A stretch of 64,000 nt of DNA, from assembly GCA_034667725.1 (NCBI GenBank), contig JAXDQS010000001.1:192001-256000 (forward strand), read 5' to 3'. The DNA is from Thermoplasmata archaeon (GTDB lineage: Archaea; Thermoplasmatota; E2; JACPAO01; JAHFTW01). The notes under the pieces are model-generated. The model was not told where the DNA came from. It was given only the letters and a program-made list of their open reading frames with translations, and did no database searches. This document shows, piece after piece, positions 1 to 10,300 of this stretch (positions are counted from its first letter, which is position 1; each line of letters opens with the position of its first letter). The translations under genes and the position numbers were made by a program.

Positions 1-12
1 AAAACCCTATAA
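1..12 (+). promoter_or_regulatory. Putative BRE/TATA-like promoter of the first surface-protein gene
   Basis: AAAACCCTATAA is an AT-rich island about 25 nt upstream of the in-frame TTG at 34. It lies at the window edge. Confidence 0.35.
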
Positions 13-33
13 CCTGCACGCCAAGTTGCCTCT

Positions 34-3000
34 TTGCCCCAGAGGCACGGCCCTGCCGCGAACCTGGGGAAAGTCGGTGTTGCCTTGCCTGTCCGGGACC
101 GTCCCATCGCCGCGATGCTCGCCGTGGCCTTCCTCGCCCAGGCGTTGGCCCTGCCGTTCTCGTTCGTGGTGGCCCCCGTCGACGCCCAGGCGCCCCCGCC
201 CCCGCTCCCGGTCAGCCCCGCCTTCGGCGCCTACGGCAGCTCCACCTGGGTCCAGTACACCCTGCCGGCGCCCGCCCAAGGCGGCGAGCCGTCCATCGGC
301 GTCGCCCACGGCCTGGACGGCGGCACGACCGCCATGGTGCAGCCCCGCACCTCCGAATGGAGCGTCGCGTGGGACGACGCCGTCCCCGCCGTGGCGACCT
401 ACACCGACGTGACCTCGCCGTTCTCGCTCCCGCTCGGCTTCGACCCCATCCTCTACACCAGCCCCGAGACCGGCCGCACCTGGGCCGGCGAGCTGGAGGT
501 CCCCGCCCTGGTGGCCGGCGCCCCCTCCACGGTCGGCAACCCCGTCCTGCCCCCCAACAGCTGCCTCAACATCCCGCCGACCCCGACCGTCCCCGGCGTC
601 CACGGCAGCCGCACCATCCTGGTCTGCAACAGCGCCGCCACCACCTACGCCGGCTGCAGCAACATGTCCTACACCGACGACAACGGCGCCAACTGGGTCC
701 CCATGGTCGACCCCTGCTCGCTGCCCTCCTGGGACCACCAGAGCATCGGCGCCGGCCCCTGGGCGGCGCCCGTCCCCGCCCTCGCCAGCTACCCGCAGGC
801 GGTCTACTACTGCGCCCAGCAGGGCTACTTCGGCACCTCGCTGTGCTGGATCTCCTACGACGGCGGCCTCAGCTTCGTGCCCACCGAAGGCGCCCCCGAC
901 CAGACCGGCGTCTGCTCCGGCCTGCACGGCCACGTCCGCGTCAGCCGCGTCGACGGCACCGCCTACCTGCCCTACAAGAGCTGCGGCGGCCTCACCGGGT
1001 TCGCGGTCACCACCGACAACGGCGCCACCTGGAACATGCGCACCATCCCGTACGCGGCCACCGGCACCGGCTACTTCGACCCCTCCATCGGCATCGCAGC
1101 CGACGGCACCATCTACGTCGGCATGGCCGAGGAAGGCAACCCCGGCATCGCCGGCGCGGACCCCGGCGCCTACATCTCCGTCAGCCACGACAAGGGCGTC
1201 ACCTGGGACGTGCTGGGCACGAACGTCGCCGCCCTGGCCGGCCTGGAGCGCGCCCAGTTCGCCGAGGTCATCGCCGGCGACCCCGACCGCGCCGCCTTCG
1301 CGTTCCTCGGCTCCCCCTCCAACGACCCGAGCGACACCTGCGCGGCCGCCTCCGGCAGCCACGTCTGGCACATGTACGTCGCCATGACCTACGACGGCGG
1401 CCTGAGCTGGGACGTCCAGCAGGGCACGACCGACCCCGTCCAGCGCGGCGGCATCTGGCCCGGCGGCGGCGGGGCCTCCTGCCGCAACATGCTCGACTTC
1501 AACGACATCGCCCTCGACGTCCACGGCCGCGTCCTCGTCGCCTTCACCGACGGCTGCACCGGCCCCTGCACGGCGGCCGGCGGCACGTACGCCACCTCCA
1601 CCGACAACGACGTCGCCGTGCTGCGCCAAAGCACCGGCCGCGGCCTGTTCAAGAGCGAGGACATCCTGTTCCCCGACCCGCCGGCGCCGTGCGCGCCGCT
1701 CACCGACCCGCGCGTCGCCTTCCTCGACCCCGGCGACGGCGACTTCATCGAGACGAGCCTCCCCACCTGGACCGGCGAGGTCGACCGCCAGCCCCACGGC
1801 AACCCCCTCGCGGCGCACGCCAACGGTCCCTACTTCGGCAAGGTCGGCGCCGACATCCCCCTGAACGGCACCGCCTCCTGCTTCACCAGCGCGCTCGACG
1901 GCTACGGCTGCGAGTGGACCTCCCTCAGCGCCGTCGCCCCCAGCTTCACGCCGAGCGCCTACGACTGCCTCCCCGACATCGTCTACGGCGCCGTGGGCGT
2001 CTACCTCCTGCAACTCAAGGTGACGGACCTGGCCACCATGGCCACCGCCATCGACCTGACCCTCGTCACCGTCACGGACGCCGTGCCCGCGGTCGCGCGC
2101 TGCCCCGCCTCGCCCCTCGACAGCATCCTGGTGGACGACGACCCGGACCTCGACCGCGCCACCTTCGGCGACCCGGTCCAGCACCCCGCCGGCGTCCAGG
2201 AGATCGAGTGCTTCGGCGCCCGCTACGACGCCGGGGCCCAGGAGCTCGAGCTGTTCCTCGACGTGGCGGACCACCTCAAGCCCACGCACGGCGCCCTCAC
2301 GGTGGCCGACGACGGCGCCATGGAGACCTACTGGTTCCGCTTCACCCCGAACTGGGGCACCTACGCCGGCATCGAGCAGATCCTCGAGGTCGAGTGGTAC
2401 GGCCCCAGCAGCGCCACGCCGCTCGCCTGCTTCCTGGCCGCGTCCCCGATGGCAGGGGCCGGCGGCGCGGGCTTCCGCGCCAGCAGCCCCGACCCGGGCC
2501 TCGGCAACGTGATGTGCGACCCGACCCGGCCCTACCCCGCCGTCTCCTGGGCCGGCGACCGCCTCACCGTCGAGATCCTGATGTCCGACCTCGGCGCCGC
2601 CGCGGCCGGTGACCTGGTCGAGGGCCTCTACGCCTGGACCTGGCACGAGGAGACCGACTTCTCCTGGAACGCAGCCCCCAGGACGCACGTGGGCGTCTAC
2701 GGCTACAGCCCCAACCCGCTGGGCGGCTTCGGCAGCGGCACCGGCCGCACCACGGCCCTCGGCTTCGACGGCACCAACCAGGTCTGCATGCCGTCCACGG
2801 CCACGTGCGACGGCTTCTACCACGACGACGACTTCAGCCCCGACTGCCGCCGCGCCGACGTCCGGTTCCTGACCGCCACCACCATCGGCCTCGTCGGCTC
2901 CTGCAACCCTGCGACGCCGACGACCTGCTGCGCGGCGCCCGCCGGCGGCCTGCTCACGGGCCCCGGCGCCGGCCTGTCCGCGCCCAGCCCTGGCCCGCTC

Positions 3001-4221
3001 GGCCTGGTGCCGGCCCTCATCGGCACCCTGGCGGACGCGGTGGCGGGCATCGACCTCGCCCACAGCGCCGACTGGGAGCGCGAGGCGGGCCACCTGCTGC
3101 CGCCCTACGCGGTCGCCAGCCCGACGCCGCCCAGGCTCCCGAGCCTGGCGGACGTGCTGGACACGCTGGAGGCCTGGTCGGCCCCGGCGCCGCCCGCCTT
3201 GACGCCGCCGACGCCCCCCGTCGCGCTGCCGCTGCCGGTGTCGCTGCCGCCGACGGCCCTCCCGTCCGCCTACGGCCTCAGCCTGCTCCGCACGCCCGGC
3301 GCGGGCACGTTCATGTCCGGCAGCGGCTCGTGCACGACCTGCACTCCGCCGCCGTTCTTCCTGCCACCCGCGCCCCCGCCGCCGGCCAAGGAGTACGTCG
3401 TCGTCTACGCCGACTGGAGCGCCCCCGTGGCCGCCGCCGTCGACACCAGTGTTGCCACCCGCGACGACTGGGCCGTCCTCCTGGACCCCTTGGACACCAG
3501 CCTGAACGGCGCCCACACCCTGTTCGTCGAGTGGTACGACGCCTGGGGCAGCACCCTCCTGGACACGGACCAGATCACGGTCTACGTCAACCTGCTCGAC
3601 GGCGTCGAGTCCACGGTCCTCCCGCCCCGCGACGGCGCCCCCCGCGACTCCAACAGCAGCTTCGACCTCGACGGCGACACCGTCCGGGACGGCGACGACA
3701 ACTGCGCCACCACGCCGAACCTGAACCAGACCGACCTGGACGGCGACCTGTTCGGCGACGCCTGCGACCGCGACGACGACGCCGACGGCGTGGTCGATCC
3801 CCTCGACAACTGCGACCTCTTCATCAACCCGGGCCAGTCCGACCTCGACGCGGACGGCCGCGGCGACGCCTGCGACGGCGACCTCGACGGCGACGGCCGC
3901 CTCAACCCGGCCGACAACTGCCCCACCGTGCCCAACGCCAGCCAGGCCGACGCCGACCGCGACCTCTTGGGCGACCCGTGCGACCCCGACCGGGACGGCG
4001 ACGGCATCCCCAACCTCGCCGACCGCTTCCCCGACGGCGCCAACGGCGCCACGGCGCTCGACCCGCTGGACGCGGGCAGCCGCAGCCGCCTCGGCGGCGG
4101 CGCGGTGGCCCCCCACGCCACCGGCCCGGGCCTTGCCGGCCCCCTGGCCGCCACCGGCCTGGCCGTACTTTTGGCCGGCCTGGCCATCGTGGCGGCGGTG
4201 CTGCGCCGGCGTCCGGCCTGA
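34..4221 (+). CDS. Large membrane-anchored surface protein: BNR/Asp-box (sialidase-like) propeller, TSP3 Ca-binding repeats, C-terminal TM
   Basis: Signal-like MLAVAFLAQALAL..VDA (start could be 34, 85 or 115). Asp-boxes: SYTDDNGANW, SYDGGLSF, TTDNGATW, SHDKGVTW, TYDGGLSW. TSP3 repeats DNC..NQ.D.D.D..GDACD. Ends in a hydrophobic helix plus RRR. Strong C/G third-position bias. Confidence 0.85.
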   Translation: MPQRHGPAANLGKVGVALPVRDRPIAAMLAVAFLAQALALPFSFVVAPVDAQAPPPPLPVSPAFGAYGSSTWVQYTLPAPAQGGEPSIGVAHGLDGGTTAMVQPRTSEWSVAWDDAVPAVATYTDVTSPFSLPLGFDPILYTSPETGRTWAGELEVPALVAGAPSTVGNPVLPPNSCLNIPPTPTVPGVHGSRTILVCNSAATTYAGCSNMSYTDDNGANWVPMVDPCSLPSWDHQSIGAGPWAAPVPALASYPQAVYYCAQQGYFGTSLCWISYDGGLSFVPTEGAPDQTGVCSGLHGHVRVSRVDGTAYLPYKSCGGLTGFAVTTDNGATWNMRTIPYAATGTGYFDPSIGIAADGTIYVGMAEEGNPGIAGADPGAYISVSHDKGVTWDVLGTNVAALAGLERAQFAEVIAGDPDRAAFAFLGSPSNDPSDTCAAASGSHVWHMYVAMTYDGGLSWDVQQGTTDPVQRGGIWPGGGGASCRNMLDFNDIALDVHGRVLVAFTDGCTGPCTAAGGTYATSTDNDVAVLRQSTGRGLFKSEDILFPDPPAPCAPLTDPRVAFLDPGDGDFIETSLPTWTGEVDRQPHGNPLAAHANGPYFGKVGADIPLNGTASCFTSALDGYGCEWTSLSAVAPSFTPSAYDCLPDIVYGAVGVYLLQLKVTDLATMATAIDLTLVTVTDAVPAVARCPASPLDSILVDDDPDLDRATFGDPVQHPAGVQEIECFGARYDAGAQELELFLDVADHLKPTHGALTVADDGAMETYWFRFTPNWGTYAGIEQILEVEWYGPSSATPLACFLAASPMAGAGGAGFRASSPDPGLGNVMCDPTRPYPAVSWAGDRLTVEILMSDLGAAAAGDLVEGLYAWTWHEETDFSWNAAPRTHVGVYGYSPNPLGGFGSGTGRTTALGFDGTNQVCMPSTATCDGFYHDDDFSPDCRRADVRFLTATTIGLVGSCNPATPTTCCAAPAGGLLTGPGAGLSAPSPGPLGLVPALIGTLADAVAGIDLAHSADWEREAGHLLPPYAVASPTPPRLPSLADVLDTLEAWSAPAPPALTPPTPPVALPLPVSLPPTALPSAYGLSLLRTPGAGTFMSGSGSCTTCTPPPFFLPPAPPPPAKEYVVVYADWSAPVAAAVDTSVATRDDWAVLLDPLDTSLNGAHTLFVEWYDAWGSTLLDTDQITVYVNLLDGVESTVLPPRDGAPRDSNSSFDLDGDTVRDGDDNCATTPNLNQTDLDGDLFGDACDRDDDADGVVDPLDNCDLFINPGQSDLDADGRGDACDGDLDGDGRLNPADNCPTVPNASQADADRDLLGDPCDPDRDGDGIPNLADRFPDGANGATALDPLDAGSRSRLGGGAVAPHATGPGLAGPLAATGLAVLLAGLAIVAAVLRRRPA

Positions 4222-4350
4222 GCCGCCGAAGCCGGGTACGGGTCCCACCAGACTTGTTCGATGGGGTTATCAAAAGGTGCCGTCATCGAAGGCCGCCCCG
4301 CCCAGAGAGGGACACCCAGGTCCCTCCTGGCAGTACCGAGGCTTCCGCCC

Positions 4351-7300
4351 ATGCCATCGACTTCCCGCGCGCGCACGTCATTCATCCTGGCCCTCCTCCT
4401 GGTGGCGGGCGCCTTGCCTGCGCTGCCGGTGGCCACCGCGGCCGCGCCGGTCGTGACGAGCGCCAACCTGCTGGACGAGGACAACAACGGCCACCTCGAC
4501 GCCGTGCTGCTGACGTTCGACCAGGCCATCCGGTCGGACAGCGTGCGGCCCAGCGACTGGACCCTCGGCTCGGCGGTCGCGCGCAGCGTCGAGCGCCAAA
4601 GCAGCACCCAGTTCAAGCTGTTCTTCCAGGAGGCGCTGGCCTTGGACGGCAACTCCAACGCCATCAACATCGCCTACACCCGCGAGGCCGACCAGCCGCT
4701 CGAGAACCTGGCGACCCCCTTCGAGGACTTCACGGCCAGCACTGTGCCCGCCTCCGCCAAGAAGGACATGGCCAAGCCCATCCTGATGGCGGCCTACGCC
4801 GTCGAGGCCACCAACTACATCGTCGCCGTCTTCAGCGAGGCCGTCACCGACAACGCGGGCGCCATCCTGACCCATGACGAGTTCGTCCTCACCGCGGGCG
4901 GCGCCGGCGCCCCCGCCATCGACACCACCGTCGCCGTCACCGCCCTTGGCTCCCCGGCCCGCGTGTTCCGCATCCCCCTGAACGCCGCCTGGACCACGGC
5001 CCAGCTGGCGCACGCCACCAAGCCCACGCTGGCGATCTCCGGCACCAACCTGGTCAAGGACCTTGCCACCCCCGCCAACAACAACCCCACCGGCATGGCG
5101 GCCGTCCCCGTCGGCGCGCCCTTCATCGAGCGCGTCATGGCCAACCCCGGCGACGACCTCGTGGTCGTCGAGTTCAACGGCCCCGTGGCCGACTCGACCG
5201 GCACCGCCCCGCTCCCGGCCACCTCGAGCGGCGACCTGACGCTGCGCTTCCAGGAAGGCTCCGGCGGCGGCGCCATCGTCACCACCGACATGGTGAACCC
5301 CGTCTTCTCCGACCGCGTCCAGCTCCGGGTCGACGCCCCGCTGCGCCCCGCCGACTTCGCCGCCGGCACCATCAGCAAGATCGTCGCCCAGACGGACAAG
5401 GTGTTCGCGTGGAAGGGCGCCTCCAGCGTCGCGAGCTACAAGGTCCCCGCCGGCGCCGCCGGCAACCTGGCCGACGCCGACGTCTACACCAACCCCTACC
5501 CGACCCGCCTGGAGACGGTGGACCGCGACCTCAACGGCTGCATCGACGCCATCCAGATGACCTGGAACGACGACATCCTCGACGCCAGCCTGGCCGCCAG
5601 CACCGGCTGGGTCGTCGTCTTCCCCAAGAAGGCCTCCGGCACCCCGCTGCCCACCACGCCGCCCGCGCCCGGCATCGTCGGCGCCACCCTGGTGAGCGCC
5701 ATCACCGGCGCCGGCGTCTCCCCGACCCTGTCGCCCGGCGTGGACGACCGCGTCACCTTCCTGACCTTCACCGAGACCGACGCCGCCACCGGCTGCGACC
5801 TGTCCCTGCCGGCCCCCCTGGTGGGCAGCACCGGCCCCGCCGGCGTCCGCCTCCTGCCCCGCGTCTCGCACTGCGACGGCCTCGACTCCGGCTGCACCGG
5901 TCTCAGCCCGACCGACCGCGCCGGCCGCGGCATCGGCGCCTCGCGCGGCGCCTTCAACGACGCCGGCGTCCTGTTCCGCCTCCCGGTGATCGACAGCGCC
6001 CGCCCCGTTTTGATGACGGCGGCGACCCGCGACCTGCCCTCGTCCCCCGACGGCCAGGTCGACCAGATCCTCCTCAGCTTCTCGGAGCCGATGAAGCTCG
6101 GCACCCTCAAGCAGGCCCAGTGGAACGTCCGCGTGCCCGCCAACCAGGCCCAATGCCCGGTCCCCGCCAGCACGGCCTACACCGTCACCTCGGTCGGCTC
6201 CGCCTCCGGCACCTCCGGCGACACCGAGTCCCTGCTCCTGCTGGGCATCCAGCCCTCGGGCACCCCGGACACCGGCTGCATCCTCGACATCGCCTACGGC
6301 ACCACGCCCAACGCCCTCGAGAGCAGCAACGGCCAGGTCCTGCCCGCCATCCCGGCCAACAGCCTCATCCTGACGACCGCCACCGCCACCGCCGGCGGCG
6401 CCAACAGCATCACCGCCGCCGCCACCAACTTCGCCACCGCGGGCGCCCTCACCGGCATGCGCGTCGACGTGAGCCGCGCCGGCACGCCGCTCGGCTCGTT
6501 CACCGTGACCGGGGTCGCCGGCACCACCCTGACGTTCTCGCCCGCCGTGGCGGCCGCCAGCGCCCCCATCGCCGCGGGCGACGTCGCCACGGTCTACCGC
6601 GAGCGCGACGGCGCCGGCCCCGTCCTCTTGGACGGCCGGCTCGTCGGCGCGGTCGGCTCCCGCTTCGCCACCGCCACCTTCAGCGAGGCGGTCCTCGGCG
6701 TCAACGGCAACGCCGTCACCAACACCGACCTGACCTACAAGAACAACGGCGCGGGCGGCGCCTCCGGCATCAGCTGCGTCGCCACCCCGAGCTACACCTC
6801 GGGCACCTGCACCCCCGACCCGGCCGTCACCACGAACCCGGCCCAGTTGTCGCTCACCCTGAACGCGGTGCTCGCCGGCGGCGACGTCGGCACGGGCAAG
6901 GACTGCGTCCAGATCGTCAACTACATCCCGGACGAGAACAGCCTGAACCCCGCCAACCCCGGCGTGCGCGACGCCGCCGGCAACGTCGGCCAGCCGCTCG
7001 AGCCCTCGGGCCCCTGCCGCATCTTCTCCACGGGCGGCACCGTCGCCACCGTGCTCGCCATCGAGACGCTCGACACCAGCAACCCGCCCAACGGCGCCAT
7101 CGACGCCATCCGCGTCACCTTCACGGGCCCCGTCAACGACGACTTCACCGATGGCGTCGCCAAGTGGAAGGTCAAGTTCGGCACCACCACGGCCACCATC
7201 AACACCGTCCAGAGCGGCGGCAACTGCGGCGGCAGCACGCTGACCCCCGACGTCGCCAACGACGCCGTGGTGTTCCTCTGCATCGCGGAGCTCACCGACA

Positions 7301-10300
7301 CCTCCGACCCGGCCAACCCGCTCATCCCCAACACCGGCGCCCTGCCCCTGGTGTCCTACTCGGGCACCCTGCTGGCCGGCGCCACCGACGGCCTGCCGGT
7401 CGCGACCTTCACGGACCGCGCCGCCACCGACGCCGCCCTGCCGGTCCTGATCACCGTGCGCGGCGGCGCCGGCCGCAACACCGTCGAGCTGCGGTTCTCG
7501 GAGGACGTCGTGGACGCCACCACCAAGGGCCCGCTCAAGGCCTCGAACTTCCTCTACTCGAACGGCAACGGCGGCTCCTCGACCTGCTCCAGCGGCGCCT
7601 CCAACATCGTGGACGTGCTGCCGGTCACCGGCTTCAACGACCGCTTCACCGGTGTGCTCAACACGCCGGCCGGCCAGCCGGGCCTGCACTACGACGACAT
7701 CGTCGGCTGCCCCACCGTCGCCAGCCGCGACGAGGTGCGCGCCCTGGCCTCGAGCATCATCGAGAAGGTCGGCCTGCGCGCCATGACCGACAGCACCCCG
7801 CGCGACATCCAGGACATCTTCGGCCCCGACATCCTGTCGGCCCGCTTCATCGACGCCCCAGCCCAGGCTGGCGCCGTCACGGGCGCGGACGGCACCATCG
7901 ACGCCGTCGAGGTCCGGTTCCGCGAGTACGTCTCCGACGCCGCGGCCGCCTTCGGCACCAGTGCCACCGTCACCGGCCAGTGGGCCGTCAAGGTCAACGA
8001 CGGCAGCCTCAAGACCCTCAAGGTCAAGGCCGTCGTCTCGAGCCAGAACGGCGTCCTCGGCGACAGTTGCACGGACACCCAGGCCCGCCCCCTCATCCTC
8101 TGGCCGGGCGAGGTCCAGCCGCCCACCAGCGGCCCCTCCAGCGTCAACGGCGTGGACGACGACACCCTGTTCCTCTGCCTGGAGAACACCGTCGGCGTCT
8201 CGACCCAGGGCACCCTGGGCCTCGGCACCGGCATGGTCGGCACCCTCAGCTACGCCGCCGCCAACCCGACGGCCCGCATCAAGGACCGCAGCGGCAACGG
8301 CTTCGCCGACATCACCCTCGGCAGCGCCCGCACCGTCACCGACGGCGCCCGCCCCGTCGTCCTCAACACCTGCCGCCCCGAGGTCACCCCAGCCCTGCGC
8401 TGCACCGGCGTGTCCCCCGAGTCGGCCGACCTCGACAACGACGGCCTCGTCGACGCCCTGCGCGTCGTGCTGTCCGAGCCCGTGAAGGACGACACCTACA
8501 AGCAGGTCGAGTGGGACCTCGGCTCCGGCTTCGCCATCACCGGCATGGACACCGGCGTCACCGTCGACGACGCCACCATCTTCCTCAAGTTCAACGAAGG
8601 CGCCACGCCGGACACCGGCCGCGGCCGCGCCTCCCAGCCGGGCCTGCCCGACCTGACGTTCAGCTCGACCGGCACGATGGCGGACCGCGCGGGCAACCGC
8701 ATCCGCGCCGTCCAGTCGGGCGCGTGCGGCGCCGCCACCGACACCCACTGCGCCGACGAGCGCGACGGCGTCGAGCCCGTGGTCGTGCGCTCCCAGGCCG
8801 AGGTCGGCTCCGACCTCGTCACCATCGCCCTCAGCGAGCCCGTCCAAGGCACCGGCCCGGTCGCCAGCGGCCGCCCCATCACCACCAGCGACATCGCCTA
8901 CCAGAACAAGGCGGGCGCGGGCGACGGCGCCACCGGCATCGTGGCCATCTCCCATGTCGCGGGCGAGTCGGTCCTCACCATCAAGCTCGACAAGAAGGTC
9001 ACCGAGTTCGACCGCCTCAACGACCGCTTCGTCTTCGTGACGGGCAGCATCAAGGAGGCCCAGTGCACGGTGTCGGCCACGACGCCCTCGTGCTACCGCC
9101 AGCTCGCCATGACGCGCCTCTTTGTCCCCATCGCCTTCGCCGGCGGCGCGGACCCCAAGCCGGCCGCCATCGACGACCTGGACGCCCCCGCCGAGGACGT
9201 CACCGCGACCTCGGTCCGCCTGACCTGGACCGCCCCCGACGACACCGACCTCGCGAGCTACCAGATCTACTTCTGCGAGTGCTCGTTCGCCGGCACCATC
9301 CCGACCGGCGCCCTGACGCCCCCGACCTCGGTCGTCATCCCGACCCCGGACCCCGGCGAGGCCCAGGAGGTCGTCATCACCGGCCTCACCACCGGCAAGA
9401 CCTACAACTTCGTCATCCGCGCCATCGACAACTCCGGCAACACCGCCGAGCTGTCGAACGTCGCGACCGCCCTCGTCGAGGCCCCGGACACCGAGGCGCC
9501 CGACATGGTGTTGGCCCTCCAGGACCTCGCCGCCAGCACCCCGCTGGGCTCCGTCGCCCTCGTCTGGGACGCCCCCGGCGACGACGGCGACCAAGGCACC
9601 GTGGCCGGCTACCGCATCGCGGTCGCCGACCGCCCGATCGCGGCCAGCGACTTCGAGGACTTCGAGACGACCGACTACTCGCTCAACCCGGCCGGCCTTG
9701 CGGACGCGGGCGACACCCAGCGCGCCACCATCTTCGGGCTCATCCCCGGCGACGAGGTGTTCGTGTACATCCTCGCGTACGACGACGCCAGCCCGCCCAA
9801 CGAGTCGCCCCTCAGCGGCGCCGTCCGCGCCACCGTCGGCGGCACCACCACCGACCTGGCCGACCCCGGCCCCATCACCGACCTCACGGCCACCGCCGCC
9901 ACCGACAGCACGGTGGAGCTGGAGTGGCGCGCGCCCGGCGACGACGGCCTCTCCGGCGGCCCCGTCACCGGCTACGACGTCTACTACAGCACCGCGCCGT
10001 TCGCGTCCTCGACCCGCCCGTCCGTGCCCCGCGCCTCCGACGTCACGCTGTCGCCCCGCACCCCCACGGCCGCCGGCCTGAGCCAGCGCGCCACCGTCGG
10101 CGGACTGGAGTCCGACACCGTGTACTACTTCATGGTCCTGGCCCGCGACGACGCGACCAAGACCAGCGCCTCGAACGTGGTCAACCGCGCCACCCTCCCC
10201 GGCGTCGGCGAGCTGACCATCGACGACCTGTTCGCCGCCAACAAGGAGCTCAACGAGAACCTCGAGGTCACCCACGAGGACGGCATCAACATCGTGAGCT

